A stretch of 64,000 nucleotides of DNA from Octopus vulgaris (GCA_951406725.2 OX597837.1:43958001-44022000), one strand, 5' to 3'. Shown: positions 15,649 through 31,128, numbered from the stretch's first letter. The notes: generated by a model from the letters alone, not told the origin. Numbers and translations: made by a program.

Positions 15649-15974
15649 ACACTTTTTTCTGCAAAATAGGGGTAGCTTATCCTGTTCAGGCTTTATCATT
15701 AGCATCATCCTGCGTTTGAGAATTTAAAATTCACTTCTTTAACTTGCTAAGACATCTGAACGCTTCTAAAGCAAACTTCGTTTGTTTGTTTACGTTCATC
15801 GTAATTTGAATCTATAGTAAAAACAATTTTACATTAATCTGACGGCTTTCTCTATACTTTTGTAGAATTGTGTTATTATTCTTAAGCAAGAATATCTTTG
15901 ACAGTGATTTCGAAGTTTCGTCCAGTTAAGCAACTTTCCATGATATTCTTGCTTAAGAATTACATATATATATG

Positions 15975-16034
<60 letters not shown>

Positions 16035-16059
16035 GTATGTATATATATATATATTCATT

Positions 16060-16407
16060 TTTCTTTTCATTTTATCTAGGTTCAGCTCACGAGCTGTGGC
16101 CATGCTGGGGCACCGCCATTCGGTGTTGCTACATGATTTTACTTCACGAATGCTTTTTAGCAATTGACATTTGGTGCATGAGAGAGTTTGATGCAGCTGC
16201 CCTCATCTGCACCTCCTGCCGTGAAGTTGGTTCATCAGGGACACCCGAGAGGAAGGGGTCCAGCTTTATTTTGAAGACATCTGCATCCACCCCATGCAGG
16301 TCTCTCAGGTCCTTCGGGCGGATATAGAAGAGCTGTGGACCTCTGAAGCCCAGGCTATCACAGTATCTTGTCCTACATCTTGATGGCAAATTTGGAGTCC
16401 TCGGCAC
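16060..16407 (-). mobile_element. 3' end of a related CR1-like LINE
   Basis: RYCDSLGFRGPQLF..LRDLHGVD..FKIKLD.FL.GVPDEPT..MRAAASNSL aligns with the 58070-58336 translation; same GGTGCCCCAGCATGGCC tail motif. Confidence 0.9.
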
Positions 16408-16461
<54 letters not shown>

Positions 16462-17546
16462 CTCTGAGCGAGATATAAACAGTAGCTGCACGACATCGTG
16501 AAGTATATTTGCCACTTAAATGTGACTAACCACTAAGGGTGAATGCTACTGTAGCTTGTAGCCCCAGAAAGACATCTCCTCCAGCTGGCTATTGACACAC
16601 TTTCTGTGCCCTATCAGTATTTTCGAGGTCAGTGACTTTTCGTCACTGGAAAAAGGTTATATATATTTGCATTTGGAACCAATTCACATCGACAACCGGT
16701 GATTGTCACACGCTGATGACGGGTCAATAACGAACAATTTGCTTAAGATTCAGGGCTCCGAAACAGATTTCGTTCGTATGTAGGGATTCCATCGTGTACA
16801 AATTGTGCAAGTTCAGAAACAATAATAATTATACCGAAAGTAATGCAGAGGTTGCCATAACTAATTTTTGTTAATTAACACATGTCGTTTAAATTGGTAC
16901 ATGTTGATAGAATAAGTTCCCCTCTGAAGTAACGTCCTGTTTTTGTTGATTATCAGCCAATAAAGGGTTCCAAGAAGAAACAATGGTGGTGTCATTGAGT
17001 TGGCATATCTATACATACATATCTGTATGTATATGTGCGTGTATAGAGGTGTGTGTGTGTGTAGGTGCGTTTTTCTCTATATGCATGTATATATGTATAT
17101 ATATGTTCTCTTCTGTTTTTAAGTATGTGACGTCTTTCTGTAAGGAAGAAGCTTGTTTCTAACAAAGCTGCAAAGCTCCATCGTTTCAATGTAGATATGA
17201 AAAACAAATTGAGATTTTGAACTTCAGAAAAATCTTGCATATATTTACAAACAGATTGTATTTGTATTGTATGTATGTACGGACGTACGGACGTATACAT
17301 GTCAATATTCAGCTTTATGAAGATGGCGAGCTTGGTAGAAACGTTAGCACGCCGGGCGAAATGCTTAGAGGTATTTCGTCTGCCGCTACGTTCTGAGTTC
17401 AAATTCTGCCGAGGTCGACTTTGCCTTTCATCATTTCATCCGTTCAGGGTCGATTACGCACTGGGGTCGATATAATCGACTTAATCCCTTTGTCTGTCCT
17501 TGTTTGTCCCCTCTATGTTTAGCCCCTTGTGGGCAATAAAGAAATG

Positions 17547-17592
<46 letters not shown>

Positions 17593-18429
17593 CACACATA
17601 AAAAAAATAGCTTATGTACAGACATAGATTTACACACTTATGTGTTTGTGTGTATGTGAACAGTACTGATACTAGATGGATAAATACATAGATATTAAGG
17701 TTTGTTTTTATGTTCAGTTTTATGGTTTCAAATTTTGGCACAAGACCAGTAATTTGGGGGGAGGGGATAAGTTGATTGCATCGATCCCAGTGCTCAAATG
17801 GTACTTGTTTCTATCAACCCCGAAGGAATGAAGACCAAAGTCGACCTCAGCAAAATATGAACACAGAACGTAACGTAAGAACGGACGAAATACCGCTAAG
17901 CATTTCGTCCGGCGTGCTAACGTTTCTGCCAGCTCGCCGCCTTATGTTCAGTTATAATTTTAAAAAACAAAACGGTTGTACATCGATCTGATGGACTTTT
18001 GTGAGAGTACAAATTTATTATTCTTATACGAGAATATTGTCGACAGTGACTTCGAAGTCCAACGATTGCTTAGCTGACCGAATCTTCGAAGTCTGTCAAC
18101 AACACTCTTATATAAGAATGCATAGAAAAAATGACAGACAGACAGATAGATAGATATGTGTCAATATCTCTCCCTCTTCCTCCCTCCTTCTCTCTCTTGC
18201 TTTCTTTCTCTCTTTCTCTTTCTCTCCCTCTGTCTCTTTCTCTCTCTCTCTCTTTCTCTCCTTGTAAGTAGGTGAATATATTTATTTGTGGCAGTATACA
18301 CAAGTGTTACACGCACAGAGGGAGATTTATATTTCTAATAATTATATAATATTCTAACCAATAACCATAATATAAGCATCCGTGTACACACACACACAAA
18401 CACACACTCATATATATATATATATATAT

Positions 18430-18640
18430 AAAACCATCCAGTGTTTGCATTAAGCTCTGCAAAAAGTATTTCGCTACCCACTCAACGAAAGTCGTCCATA
18501 ATCTGAGGTGCCATGAAAATCTGTTTTCTGTTATGCCAGCCAAATATGGTTCTAGAAACCTTTGCATTCTCTCTGCTGGCAATATTGGACGGTTTTCAAA
18601 CAAAAACACTTCATCCCTGGGAGATCCACCTTTGAACAAA
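18430..18640 (-). mobile_element. Possible highly decayed Tc1/mariner DDE fragment
   Basis: Weak resemblance of AERMQRFLEPYLAG.. to the post-QQD segment of Tc1/mariner transposases. Confidence 0.3.
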
Positions 18641-18739
18641 TAATATAAACTGTGGTTCTGCTACATCTTCTTTCGTTGTTTTTTTTTTTAATAAAATCTA
18701 TACACTGTTGCAAGACCCCAATGCATTGTGTGTGTATGT

Positions 18740-18788
<49 letters not shown>

Positions 18789-19063
18789 AATAAATACATG
18801 CGTGTGTGTGTGTGTGTGTTTCGGATGTGCTTTTTTCGGCTTGACACGGTCTATAATTTCCTTCGTTTTTCTTTTTTCTAGTTCATCCCTAGGGGTTCTA
18901 ACTCTGTACAAACAAATAGAATGCGCGTGTGTGTATGTGTGTGTGTGCGTGCGTTTGCGTGCACGCATGCGCGTGTGTGTGTCTGTGTGTTTGTTATTCT
19001 ATTTTCTTTTAATACTATGCATTATTGCAAATTCTTACTACATCATACATGTGTTTGGATACA

Positions 19064-19103
<40 letters not shown>

Positions 19104-19210
19104 TCATATGTACATATGTGTATATGTATGTATATATATATAAATATATGTATGTATGTATGTCTGCTTGTATGTACGTATTTATATATAAGTATATATG
19201 TATCTATGTA

Positions 19211-19249
<39 letters not shown>

Positions 19250-19355
19250 TTGTTTTCGTATTTTCTTGATTTTTATTGTTTATCTGTCAGTCATGCATTT
19301 TTGCCAAGAAATACACTTTGGGACACATCTACATTATAGTGCCACCACCATCATC

Positions 19356-19425
<70 letters not shown>

Positions 19426-19426
19426 G

Positions 19427-19457
<31 letters not shown>

Positions 19458-19749
19458 GTCATCATCATCACCATCATCACCATCATCATCATCGCTGTCA
19501 TCATTACCCCATCATCCATTCTCCTCGCCATTATCAAACCCCATCGTCTCCGTCAAGACCATCAACATTATCGTTGTTGTTCTTCTTAACGTTTCTCAGC
19601 TCTCCGAGCACCGCCTGCAAGCTGCTCCTTACCAGCCTCACCTGAATCAGTTTCACGCTCCATTGACATCCGTTACTGCTTCTCAGACACTATGAAAGAT
19701 AACTTTGCACATTAAAATAGATGTCAAATATCATTATTATTATTTTTAT

Positions 19750-19821
<72 letters not shown>

Positions 19822-19851
19822 TATTATCATCGTTATTATTATTATTATTAC

Positions 19852-19899
<48 letters not shown>

Positions 19900-20453
19900 C
19901 CCAATGACACAACAACTGCAACAACAATGATAACAACTATAAACTAAAACTCTGGCTAATTTTAGCACAAGGCCGGCAGACTTGAGGAGATTGAACTTGC
20001 TGGTTATATTGACCGATTTTTGATTGCTACTTTATTTATTTATTTATTTATTTGTTGTTGCTTTTTAGCGTACCCGATGGGGTGGAGGGCAAAATTGATT
20101 CAGACGGAATTTGAATTCAGAAACGCAAGTAATCGAAAAATATACTGCCAGGATATTTTGCCTGACGCTTTAACAATTCTCATTTCTTTACTACCCACAA
20201 GGGGCTAAAAATAGAGGGCACAAACAAGGACAGACAAAGGGATTAAGTAGATTACATCGACTCAAGTGCGTAATTTGTACTTTATTTATCGACTTCGAAA
20301 GGATGAAAGGCAAAGTCGACCTCGGCGGAATTTGAACTCAGAACGTAGCGGCAAACGAAATACCGCTACACATTTCGTCTGGCGTGGTAACGTTTCTGCC
20401 AGCTCGCCGCCTTATCAACGACACTTTAACAATTCTGGCAGCAAGCTGCCCTC

Positions 20454-20530
<77 letters not shown>

Positions 20531-20531
<1 letters not shown>

Positions 20532-20711
20532 CACCAGGACTTACAAACACATATAACATACAGAAAATTGCACTACTAGGCACTGCCCACATCCTACGCA
20601 GAACACTTTCCATACAATAATCAGAGCATCACAACAAATCACAGCACATAACACAGAGCTGCGCTCGGTAGTGAAGTGAAAGCACGCTATAAAAATAAAA
20701 ATAAAACTACT
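20531..20711 (+). mobile_element. 3' end of R4/Dong-like LINE within a (TAA)n array
   Basis: IQKIALLGTAHILRRTLSIQ* C-terminal motif; (TAA)n on both sides. Confidence 0.7.
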
Positions 20712-20737
20712 GAATAATAATAATAATAATAATGATG

Positions 20738-20801
<64 letters not shown>

Positions 20802-21267
20802 TAATAATAATAATAATAATAATAAATGATCTGATACAGTACCAAGCAGTGGCTCTCATGGCTTCTGATCTTAACTGATATTGGAAGTGTTATCAATGTA
20901 CATTGTTTTGTCTTATTATAAAAGATGGACTACAGCAAATATTCTGCTCAATACCTCAGAGTTGTTTGTCAGTTGTCTGACCTTAACCAGTCGAGCATGT
21001 CCCTTAGTGGCATCTCTGTTTACGAGCAGAAGTAGTTGGGGACCATCATAGCTATGTGTTAAGAGGAATTCTTTGGTGTTTGAATAATTCACCCTGAAAA
21101 CACGGGTGTTTTGTTTATCTCGAGCAGGATTTGAAACGGTTAATCGAAGGAGCTGTTGTTTACATCTCAGTTTTATCAATCAAAATAACCCATGCTACCG
21201 GAACATTATTTTACAGTGAAAAGTAAGTCATAATTTGATTTTTTGCAACCCTTAAGATTCCACTCGC

Positions 21268-21444
21268 GCATTCATGGCAAACAAGGCACAGGGTCAGACT
21301 TTAGATCGTGTAGGTATATTTTTACCCACTCCGATGTCTGCACACGGCCAGTTATACGTTGCTATGAGTAGAGCAACAGAGTCCAGTAATTTGGAAATTA
21401 GTGTCAACCAAATAGAAAATATCGTCTACAAAGAAGTTTTGTAA
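21268..21444 (+). mobile_element. Helitron Rep-Hel (Pif1-like helicase) C-terminal fragment
   Basis: AFMANKAQGQTLDRVGIFLPTPMSAHGQLYVAMSR..NIVYKEVL*: helicase motifs V and VI plus the typical Helitron protein end. Confidence 0.9.
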
Positions 21445-21469
21445 TCATATTGGTATTAATGAAGGGAAT

Positions 21470-21855
21470 GTGGAGGCGCAATGGCCCAGTGGTTAGGGCA
21501 GCGGACTCGCGGTCATAGGATCGCGGTTTCGATTCCCAGACCGGGCGTTGTGAGTGTTTATTGAGCGAAAACACCTAAAGCTCCCCAAGGCTCCGGCAGG
21601 GATAGTGGCGATCCCTGCTGTACTCTTTCACCACAACTTTCTCTCACTCTTACTCCTGTTTCTGTTGTACCTGTATTTCAAAGGGCCGGCCTTGTCACTC
21701 ACTGTGTCACGCTGAATATCCCCGAGAACTACGTTAAGGGTGCACGTGTCTGTGGAGTGCTCAGCCACTTACACGTTAATTTCACGAGCAGGCTGTTCCG
21801 TTGATTCGGATCAACCGGAACCCTCATCGTCGTAACCAACGGAGTGCTTCCATCC
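21470..21855 (+). mobile_element. SINE family 2 full-length copy
   Basis: A box tggcccagtgg, B-box-like gtttcgattccc; TSD aatgaa(g/a)ggaat. Confidence 0.88.
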
Positions 21856-22429
21856 AATGAAAGGAATATGATTTATAATTTAAATAAGGAAATTTGTGAA
21901 CTTTGAATGTATAAGAGTATAAACAAGCGTAGAATAGTGTAAACAACTGAAATAAAAGTATATCTAAATAACATTTCATAACATAATGTGGCTAGGGACA
22001 GGGCAGGGCGGTGGGGGTGTTACTGATGCATTTAGCCCCAGGCGATCATCAACGTCACCAGATAGGCTGACACCATCAAGGTGTCCTTAGAGAATTATTA
22101 TTGCTAAATAACATTTGTTTTCTTAATACTTTTTTTATGTAGTGGTCGCAGGAATCTCTGGCTTTCGTTAGGAGTGGTCCACATAACCATTCGTGATGCA
22201 GAGGCTGGAAGCCTGTTTCAGTTCCGAAGTGAATCGTCATCACATGTTACTTAGTCACAAACATATGTCATACAGCTGTAATAGAATGCTGTATCACCAA
22301 CAATAAGGTGATTTCTCTAAGACATCACCCAGTAATCCTATCAAAGTCCATTTACACATTTCTCAATACATAATGCTGCTATGACTTCCCTCCCTCATTT
22401 TATGCCTCCATCGTAGACGGGTAGATTTG

Positions 22430-22490
<61 letters not shown>

Positions 22491-22513
22491 TAATAATAAT
22501 AATATTAATAATA

Positions 22514-22559
<46 letters not shown>

Positions 22560-22598
22560 CGACGACGACGATGATGATGATGATGATGACGACGACGT

Positions 22599-22658
<60 letters not shown>

Positions 22659-22659
22659 C

Positions 22660-22712
<53 letters not shown>

Positions 22713-22859
22713 CGATGATTATGATTTTGGCATAAGGTTAGCAATTTCGGGGGAGGGGTAAGTCGATTACGTTGGCCCCAGGGTTCTGGTACTTATTTTA
22801 TCGACTCCGAAACGATGAAAGCCAAAGTCACTCTGGGTCTCACAAACGACGATCACACC

Positions 22860-23058
22860 TGCTTATCGTCAAGGAATTGCTGGATATGTTGTGGCCTCCG
22901 CACATGTCTGTACATCATCAACCACGGCATACCCAGTCCTCCATTTAGCGGATGTTGACAACAAATGGAGCGCCCAACCAATAAAGAAACGTCCTTTCCA
23001 TACAAAGCGGAAGAGTAGCTGCTCCAGTCTGGTCAGACGTGAACTGGGGCAAGGCACG
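22860..23058 (-). mobile_element. L1/Tx1-like LINE ORF2 fragment
   Basis: PCPSSRLTRLEQLLFRFVWKG followed by a shifted GGLG-like segment. Confidence 0.6.
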
Positions 23059-23400
23059 ATGTTCGAGCAGTTTCAACAAGATGGAGCCACCGCTCACACA
23101 GCGAAAAGATCAACAGAAATTTTGAGAGAACTGTTTCCAAAACAATTGATCTTAAGCGGATGACCTGCAAACTCGTCTGAGCTAACCCCTTGCGATTATT
23201 TTCTCTGGGGTCACTTGAAAGGTGGGGCTAACAAATATCAACCAACAACCATTAACGAATTAAAGACTGTTATACGCCAAACAATTTCAGAAATACCACC
23301 GGAAATGCCACCAGAAATACCATCAGAAATACCACCGGAAATTGACTACAACAGTATGTTGAGACTAGAGACCATCATTTGGGGGATATTGTTTTCGAAA
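23059..23400 (+). mobile_element. Tc1/mariner transposase remnant
   Basis: FQQDGATAHTA..LRELFP...PANSSELTPCDYFLWGHLK..PTTINELK, with an in-frame stop. Confidence 0.85.
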
Positions 23401-23884
23401 CCAAATGAAACAGACTATATTCTTTCATTCTAGCGTTTTAAAAATATCCGTTTTAATAACGTTTAGCTTGGGCCTTTTTGACAACCTGTAATATACAGGA
23501 TTTCTTTAGTCGCATCCTATATATTTAAAACAAAATTTTTGGACATCACTCTTAGTGTTAGAGCAATTTCTAATGTTAAACTTTATATCCTAAACCCAAA
23601 ACCTAAACCTAAATTCTAACTTTAACCCTAACCCTGACTCCAGTCCTAACTGGAAACTGAGTTTTCTTTAGCTACATTGAAAAAGAAAAGCTGTTAGAGT
23701 TTCACGATTCTGTTCGGTGTACAGTTTTCATCACAGCTGTCCGACGAGCGGGAACGCGAAATTCTGAGTAACGGCTTTTGGGGATAATTTTGCAGTTTTA
23801 ATAAAACCATATTACTCGACTTTTGGCATTCGAGTCCTATCTTTTCCACCTTGATTTGCACTTATGTGCTCACCTGTGTGTGTG

Positions 23885-23917
<33 letters not shown>

Positions 23918-23934
23918 ATATGTATGTATGTATG

Positions 23935-24006
<72 letters not shown>

Positions 24007-24807
24007 TTAAGGATGGCAGAAAATGGAGAAATATCGATGAACAATAATTGACTTACATCAATTATTATTTATTAATTCAATACAAATAGACTGCGTATGC
24101 CCATGGTTAAACATAGGTAATATACCGGAAGTGCAAATGGATACTTCTATCCCTTAGACGGTTATTTTAACCTCTTACTCAGCTAACCTTGTGTGTGTGT
24201 GTGTGTGAGTAGAGAGAGAGAGAGAGAGAGAGAGAGAAAGTAAAGCTTATTTCAAAATGTGAACAACATAAATCCAGCCCAATGAATATGTCGAAACGAG
24301 TGTCCAAAATGAATGAATCCCAGACTGCTCTTGGTACTTTGAATACAGAGTCTGCCAGAAAAATATATACACACTTCAGGAAACGAAAAAAATCTGTATA
24401 AATATTTTAATTCAGGGTTATTAAAATTTATTCAGGATTATCGCAATTTGAAAGAGGTATTTATATTTATAGGGGTACTGATACAAGTTAAATATTTGTA
24501 CAGACTTTTCCTTTCTTGAAGTGAGTTTACATTTTTTGTAGCGCGGGTGGGGGGACACTGTATACGTCAGTTACCAGCCACTTCATTGAGGAGGCAAAGG
24601 GGAACATAAACATGCTCTCAGCGGTAAGGGATAAATCGCTCCAAAGCCTACCCAAGTGTGCCCCACCCATCAACTAATCAAAACTACATTGGAGCAAGTA
24701 TCTACAGCAGTAGTAAAATTCTGTGTCGCTTGTGGATTCATTGTAGAAGTTTCACCTCCACATGACAGAGCTGTGAAAAGTACATTATGGCAGGTGTATA
24801 TGTGGTC

Positions 24808-25039
24808 AAGGCGGCGAGCTGGTAGAATCGTTAGCACGCCGGGCGAAAATCTTAGCGGTATTTCGTCTGCTGCTACGTTCTGAGTTCAAATTCCGCCGAG
24901 GTCGACTTAGCCATTCATTCTTTCGGCGTCGATTAAATAAGTACCAGTTACGCACTGGGGTCGATATAATCGATTTAACCCGTTTGTCTGTCCTTGTTTG
25001 TCCTCTCTGTGTTTAGCCCCTTGTGGGTAGTAAAGAAAT
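24808..25039 (+). mobile_element. SINE family 1 monomer (many other copies, e.g. 5140, 8337, 17325 on +; 15370, 20185, 48308 on -)
   Basis: tRNA-like head ggcggcgagctgg..gagttcaaattcc, core cctttcatcctttcggggtcgat; perfect 16 bp TSD aggtgtatatgtggtc. Confidence 0.9.
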
Positions 25040-25149
25040 AGGTGTATATGTGGTCCTGTTTGCGGTTGCCAAGAACATAATGCTAGAAATGCACGGCATA
25101 GAAGTCAAGGGGATCAGAAACTGATGACAGTACAAAGTATTTAGTCAGC

Positions 25150-26760
25150 AAGTCCTTCATGGATGATATTAGAGTCATAGCACCATCAATCAAAAGAACA
25201 CGGTGAACCTTGAGCTCACTGGAAAAGAGAGCTTCATGATCACGTACGATATTTGACCCAGAGAAATCTTGGAGTTAGAGTATCTTTAAGGGAAGCTGAC
25301 AAATAACATCTTCAGCATCCAAAGGGTCTCAGATTCCAAAAAAATCGTAAGGAACCCGATGCTTTGGGAATTATAATGTTAGTACCCTGAAGGGTATCTG
25401 TAACCTCAAAGACACGAAGACTTAACTAAATAGCTTGCTCGGAAGTCTTGAGGTGTGGGCTCTCCTGTACAGCGTCATACCTAAACTACAGGGGTCATTC
25501 CTGCTTGATGAATTTGTATCGACTCAGAAACAATAGAAAAACTGTGTAGTATATATGCCTGGTTGTTCTCCTAATTTTCAGTTCAGTAAAGCTGTACAAC
25601 ACCTCTAAGCTCTGCTTACTGAGTTCTCCAATTGTGAAAAAGTTCAAAGCCACTAAGAGCAGCTTAACGCACTGCGACCAGCTGAGAATAAAAGAGACAT
25701 GCCAACAAGAACATAAAGAGTATCCGAAAGTGGAGGCCCCAGGAAACTGAAGGAATGGAAACTAACATCGAAAACCGGGAGATTGCTGGAGTAGTTTGTT
25801 AATAATGACTAGAGCTTGGTAACTAGAGTGCCAAGAGTTCGAGACATGTTAATGTCAAGGGTTAAGAAGCAGGGCTCAAAGAGTAAAAGATATGAGATTC
25901 AACAGAGAAAGATCTTTGTGAAAAAGCAGTAGGACTTGCTTGCCAGAGAGGGTGGATCCAGTAGGATTAAGCACTTGATTGACTACTGTCTTGGAGAAAA
26001 TTTGGGGTACTGATTAAGGAAAAATACTTTTGCTCTCTTCCACCTATGTATAGTAGCTGACCGCTTGCCAAATCCGAATAACTTTAAAATCGAGAGCGAA
26101 GTGCAAAACACATCCTGCAAGTTGTGTGTAGCAGCTTTTTGCAACCTGAACCAAATTTTGACCGGATATCCTAAAGCACTTGGAAGAGGACGATACAAAC
26201 AGAAGCACGAAAAATATCCCAACAGAAAATTCCAGGTGAACGAGGAAGTAGAGAGTTATGGGTAACGAGCAACAAGTTTCATTACCCAAAGATGTCGGAT
26301 TCCTAAAGATGATAAGGCTCCTAAAACAAAAGCAACTGTTAGTGACCCGTTCTCGATTTTGCATCAAACCTCAAACTAGTAGAAGTAAGTAGATCTGTTG
26401 GAGAGATTTAACTTTCTGGAAGAAGAGTCACTGACACGATTTTTATATCCAAAAGCACAAAAGCAATTATGGTGGATGAAATCACAATGCGCTGGGAAGA
26501 CTGTTCCTATATTTCTCACCAAATGAAGGAAACCAAATACGGGGACTTAATTGACGAGGCTCTTGTTAAAGAATTGCACTCGTTCCTTTTGAAGTTGATA
26601 GTTTCTTTGTGGTTTCCCAGTAAGATCGGCGTTCTATTTCCGGAAAAAGATTGTTTTGGAGCTCAAACAATTGAAGCAAGTTACCTACAAGAACATAGCT
26701 GAGACCAGCTCAAAGTGGCTGCAGTTGGCAAGGGATCTACATGTTGAGAGCTGGTTCAGT
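25150..26760 (+). mobile_element. Decayed restriction-like-endonuclease LINE (Hero/NeSL-like)
   Basis: FMDDI RT core, CKLC..NLNQILTGYPKALGRGRY zinc region, EITMRWED..KETKYGDL endonuclease motif; many stops and frameshifts. Confidence 0.7.
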
Positions 26761-27099
26761 CCTCGCTGTCCAAACAGGTGTAGCACACAAGCTTAGGAAT
26801 GAAACATTTGCAACCCTGAGATACCAGCTCATAACGATTGGCTTCCAAATTTAAGATAGCTTTCATGAGAAAAGCTTGCAAAATCTTTAAGTGGTTTCTG
26901 CATGGGATAAAGCATCTCTGAATATTATTCCAGCCATCATCTTTATCAATGTTCTTTAATACATACAAATTTGTGTTACACCATGCAAAGGGATTTGGGA
27001 AATGTCTGGATGTGCATTTGTGGGTGCCATTGAATGTTTGAGAGTGTGCAATGTTTGCATATGAACATGTGTGTGCACATACAGATAGATAGATACACA

Positions 27100-27133
27100 T
27101 ACATTGGTATTTATACACATTACACACATACAT

Positions 27134-27181
<48 letters not shown>

Positions 27182-27510
27182 TGAGATACAGAGAGAAAGG
27201 TAGATAATTTAAATACACAATTAGTGTATAAGTGTATGAGTGCGTGCGTACGCATGTAAATACAGGTGTGTGCGAACATACACATATAAATATATATGTA
27301 CCTATGTATGTACGTATGTATGTATGTATGTATGCATGTATGCATGTAGGTGTATGTATGTATGTATGTATGTATATGTATGTATGTATGTATGTATGTA
27401 TGGTTGCATGTATGTATGTATGTATATATGTATATATGTATGTATGTATGTATGTATGCATGTATGTATGCATGTAGGTGTATGTATGTATGTATGTATA
27501 TGTATGTATG

Positions 27511-27542
<32 letters not shown>

Positions 27543-27610
27543 TGTATGTATGTATGTATGTATGTATACAGGGACTGAACCCCGAACCATGTGGCTGAGA
27601 CAGCCACACA

Positions 27611-27682
<72 letters not shown>

Positions 27683-27837
27683 ATGTATGTATGTATGTAT
27701 GTATGTATGTATGTATGTATGTATAAAACTTTTCCATTCTGTCCGAGCGTAAAACTAACACACCTACTTTTTGTTCCTTCAAATATCTTCGTCTTTTGGT
27801 TTTTGTAAAATTTGAACTACACACAAACACACACACG

Positions 27838-27936
<99 letters not shown>

Positions 27937-28208
27937 ATCTCACAATGTCTAGAAAATAACAAAAGTGACCCGGGAGCTGAGAGCATCGTGCATGTCGCCA
28001 TCGAAGTTCAATAAACGATATGCACGTAACTTTCAGCCTTTGAGTCACTTCTGTAACTTTCTGTATAGCAAAAAAATAAAAAAAAAGAATATATATGTGT
28101 GTGTGTACGTACATGTATACATACATATATACATACATATATAATATAATATAATATATGTATGTTTGTATGTATGTATGTATGTATGTATGTATGTATG
28201 TATGTATG

Positions 28209-28239
<31 letters not shown>

Positions 28240-29132
28240 GTATGTATGTAAGGAAGAGAGGTAGAGATCAAAAGAGAGGAGAGATACATACATACATATA
28301 TCATTCGTACATATATATAAACATATATATATATATATATATATATACATACGTACACACACATACAGATAGATACTTAAATACATATAGATATATATAT
28401 ATATATATACATTAATATTACATATATATAAATATATACATATACATATATATATATATATATATAGAGAGAGAAAGAGAGAAAGAGAGAGACAGACAGA
28501 CAGACAGACATAGAGGGAGAGAGAGAAAGAGAGAGACATGAATGCCGTGTTGTACAGGTGTTTGCACGCATATACCTATGTTGCTGTTAACAAGTCCCTA
28601 GGTCACCTGATTCAGGCGTTCCAACCATGATCCTGCCACCTTTCATTTCTAGACCAAGTGTCAGTCATTTTACTAATCCAACTACCTGTGCATTGTGTTA
28701 CAGTCTATGTGTTGAAGTATCTCACTGACACCTGTACCCGTAACGTAATCTTGGGGTGGATTCAACATGACCCTGTATATTGACAGGGCTGATTCCTCAA
28801 ATTACGGGTACATACAGTGCAACCTGAATTATAGTATTAAGTATTTGACAAAATACTTGTACCCTTAATGTACCATTCGGGCAGAATTAGCGACACCCTG
28901 GGTATGTGACTAGATAGGCCCTTTGAATTACGGGTGCATCCATCTTGATTCGTCATGTAAGTAGCTGAGCACTTCACTGACACCTGTGTATGTGTATACA
29001 TACATACATACACACATACATACATACATACATACATACATACGCACGTACACACATACATACATGCATGCATGCATACATACATACATACATACATACA
29101 TACATACATACATACATTCATACATACATACA

Positions 29133-29163
<31 letters not shown>

Positions 29164-30610
29164 GTACGTGTGTACTTACGTACATTCATATATACGTATG
29201 TACATACATACATACATACATACATACATACGTACGTACGTACATACACACACACATACATACATACATACATACATACATACGTACGTACGTACGTACA
29301 TACATACATACATACATTCATACATACATACATACATACATACATACATACGTACGTACGTACGTACATACGTACGTACATTCATACATACATACATACA
29401 TCGGCACACGGATATATATATAGGTATATATAGGGATTAAGTGAACATGGTTAACTACACATAACCAACACCAATAAATTCAAATACAAGAAGCATTCCA
29501 CAACATTATTTACATTTGACGATATTTCTCCTCATCTTGTTTGTTGTTAATAGCCGTCAAATGTAAATAATGTAAATAATTCCTCGTCTCTTAAATATAG
29601 AACTGTATAACATTCAACTGTTGCATATAACGTATGTATGTATGTATGCATGTATGTATGTATGTATGTATGTATGTATGTATGTATGTATGTATGTATG
29701 TATGTATGTATGTATGTGTGTATGCATGTATGTATGTATGTATGTATGTATGCATGTATGTATGTATGCATGTATGTATGTATGTATGTATATATGCATG
29801 TATGTATGTATGTATGCATGTATGTATGTATGTATATATGCATGTATGTATGTATGTATGTATGTATGTATGTATGTATGTATGTATGTGTGTGTGTATG
29901 TGTGTATGTATGTATGTATGAATGTATGTATGTATGTATGTATGTATGTGTGTATGTGTGTATGTATGTATGTATGTATGTATGTATGTATGTGGTGTAT
30001 GTGTGTATGTATGTATGTATGTATGTATGTATGTATGTATGTATGTGTGTATGTGTGTATGTATGTATGTATGTATGTATGTATGTATGTATGCATGTAT
30101 GTATGTGTGTATGTATGTATGCATGTATGTATGTATGTATGTATGTGTGTATGTGTGTATGTATGTATGTATGTATGTATATATATCTGTATGTATGTGT
30201 GTATATATATATATGTATGTATGTGTGTATATATATATATGTATGTATGTGTATATATATATATGTATGTATGTGAAAACATAAAAGCATAACAGTTCAA
30301 AATGTATTTTAGGGCCTACCTTTTTGTAACTTATGATCAACTGACCGATATATGAGTATGCATATATGTGAGTGATAAATGTGTGCATGTGCGTGTGTGT
30401 GTGTCTTTGTACCTCCCGCCCACCCACCAATTGCTTGGCAATCCGTGTTGTGAAAACTTGAATATTAATTCTCCGTAATAATATCAATTTAAAACTAGTG
30501 ACCTTGCATATTGAAAAATCTGAAGATTCAGAAAAATTATATTACATACATATGTGTGTGTGTGTATACATACATGCATACATACATGCATGCATGCATA
30601 CATACATACA

Positions 30611-30644
<34 letters not shown>

Positions 30645-30780
30645 CATACATGCATGCATACATACATACATACATACATACATACATACATACATACATA
30701 CATACATACATCGATACACGGATATATATAGGTATAAATAGGGATTAAGCGAACATGGTTAACTACATATAAAGGCATAA
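27100..30780. repeat. Large (TATG)n/(CA)n/(TA)n microsatellite field with local duplications
   Basis: Simple repeats read directly; 29400-29460 recurs at 30710-30770 and 30325-30460 at 30815-30960. Similar fields at 32200-33460 and 52220-53020. Confidence 0.95.
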
Positions 30781-30870
30781 CAATCCAAAATTTATATATA
30801 TATATATACCTTTATATATAACTTATGATCAACTGACCGATACATGAATATGCATACATGTGAGTGATAA

Positions 30871-30923
<53 letters not shown>

Positions 30924-31128
30924 GTACCACCCACCCACCTCTTGCTATCCGGCAATCCGTGTTTCTCTTTTTTCTATGTTTACGTCCCCGTAAAAAAATA
31001 AAAGAAGGCGTTAGTCCAACCGAGCCGATGGCAGAAGAAAATATCACAACTCAAGACCTCACGGTTTCGAAGTCAAGTGGCTAAACTCCCAGGCACAACT
31101 GTGCCAACATATATATATATATATAATA

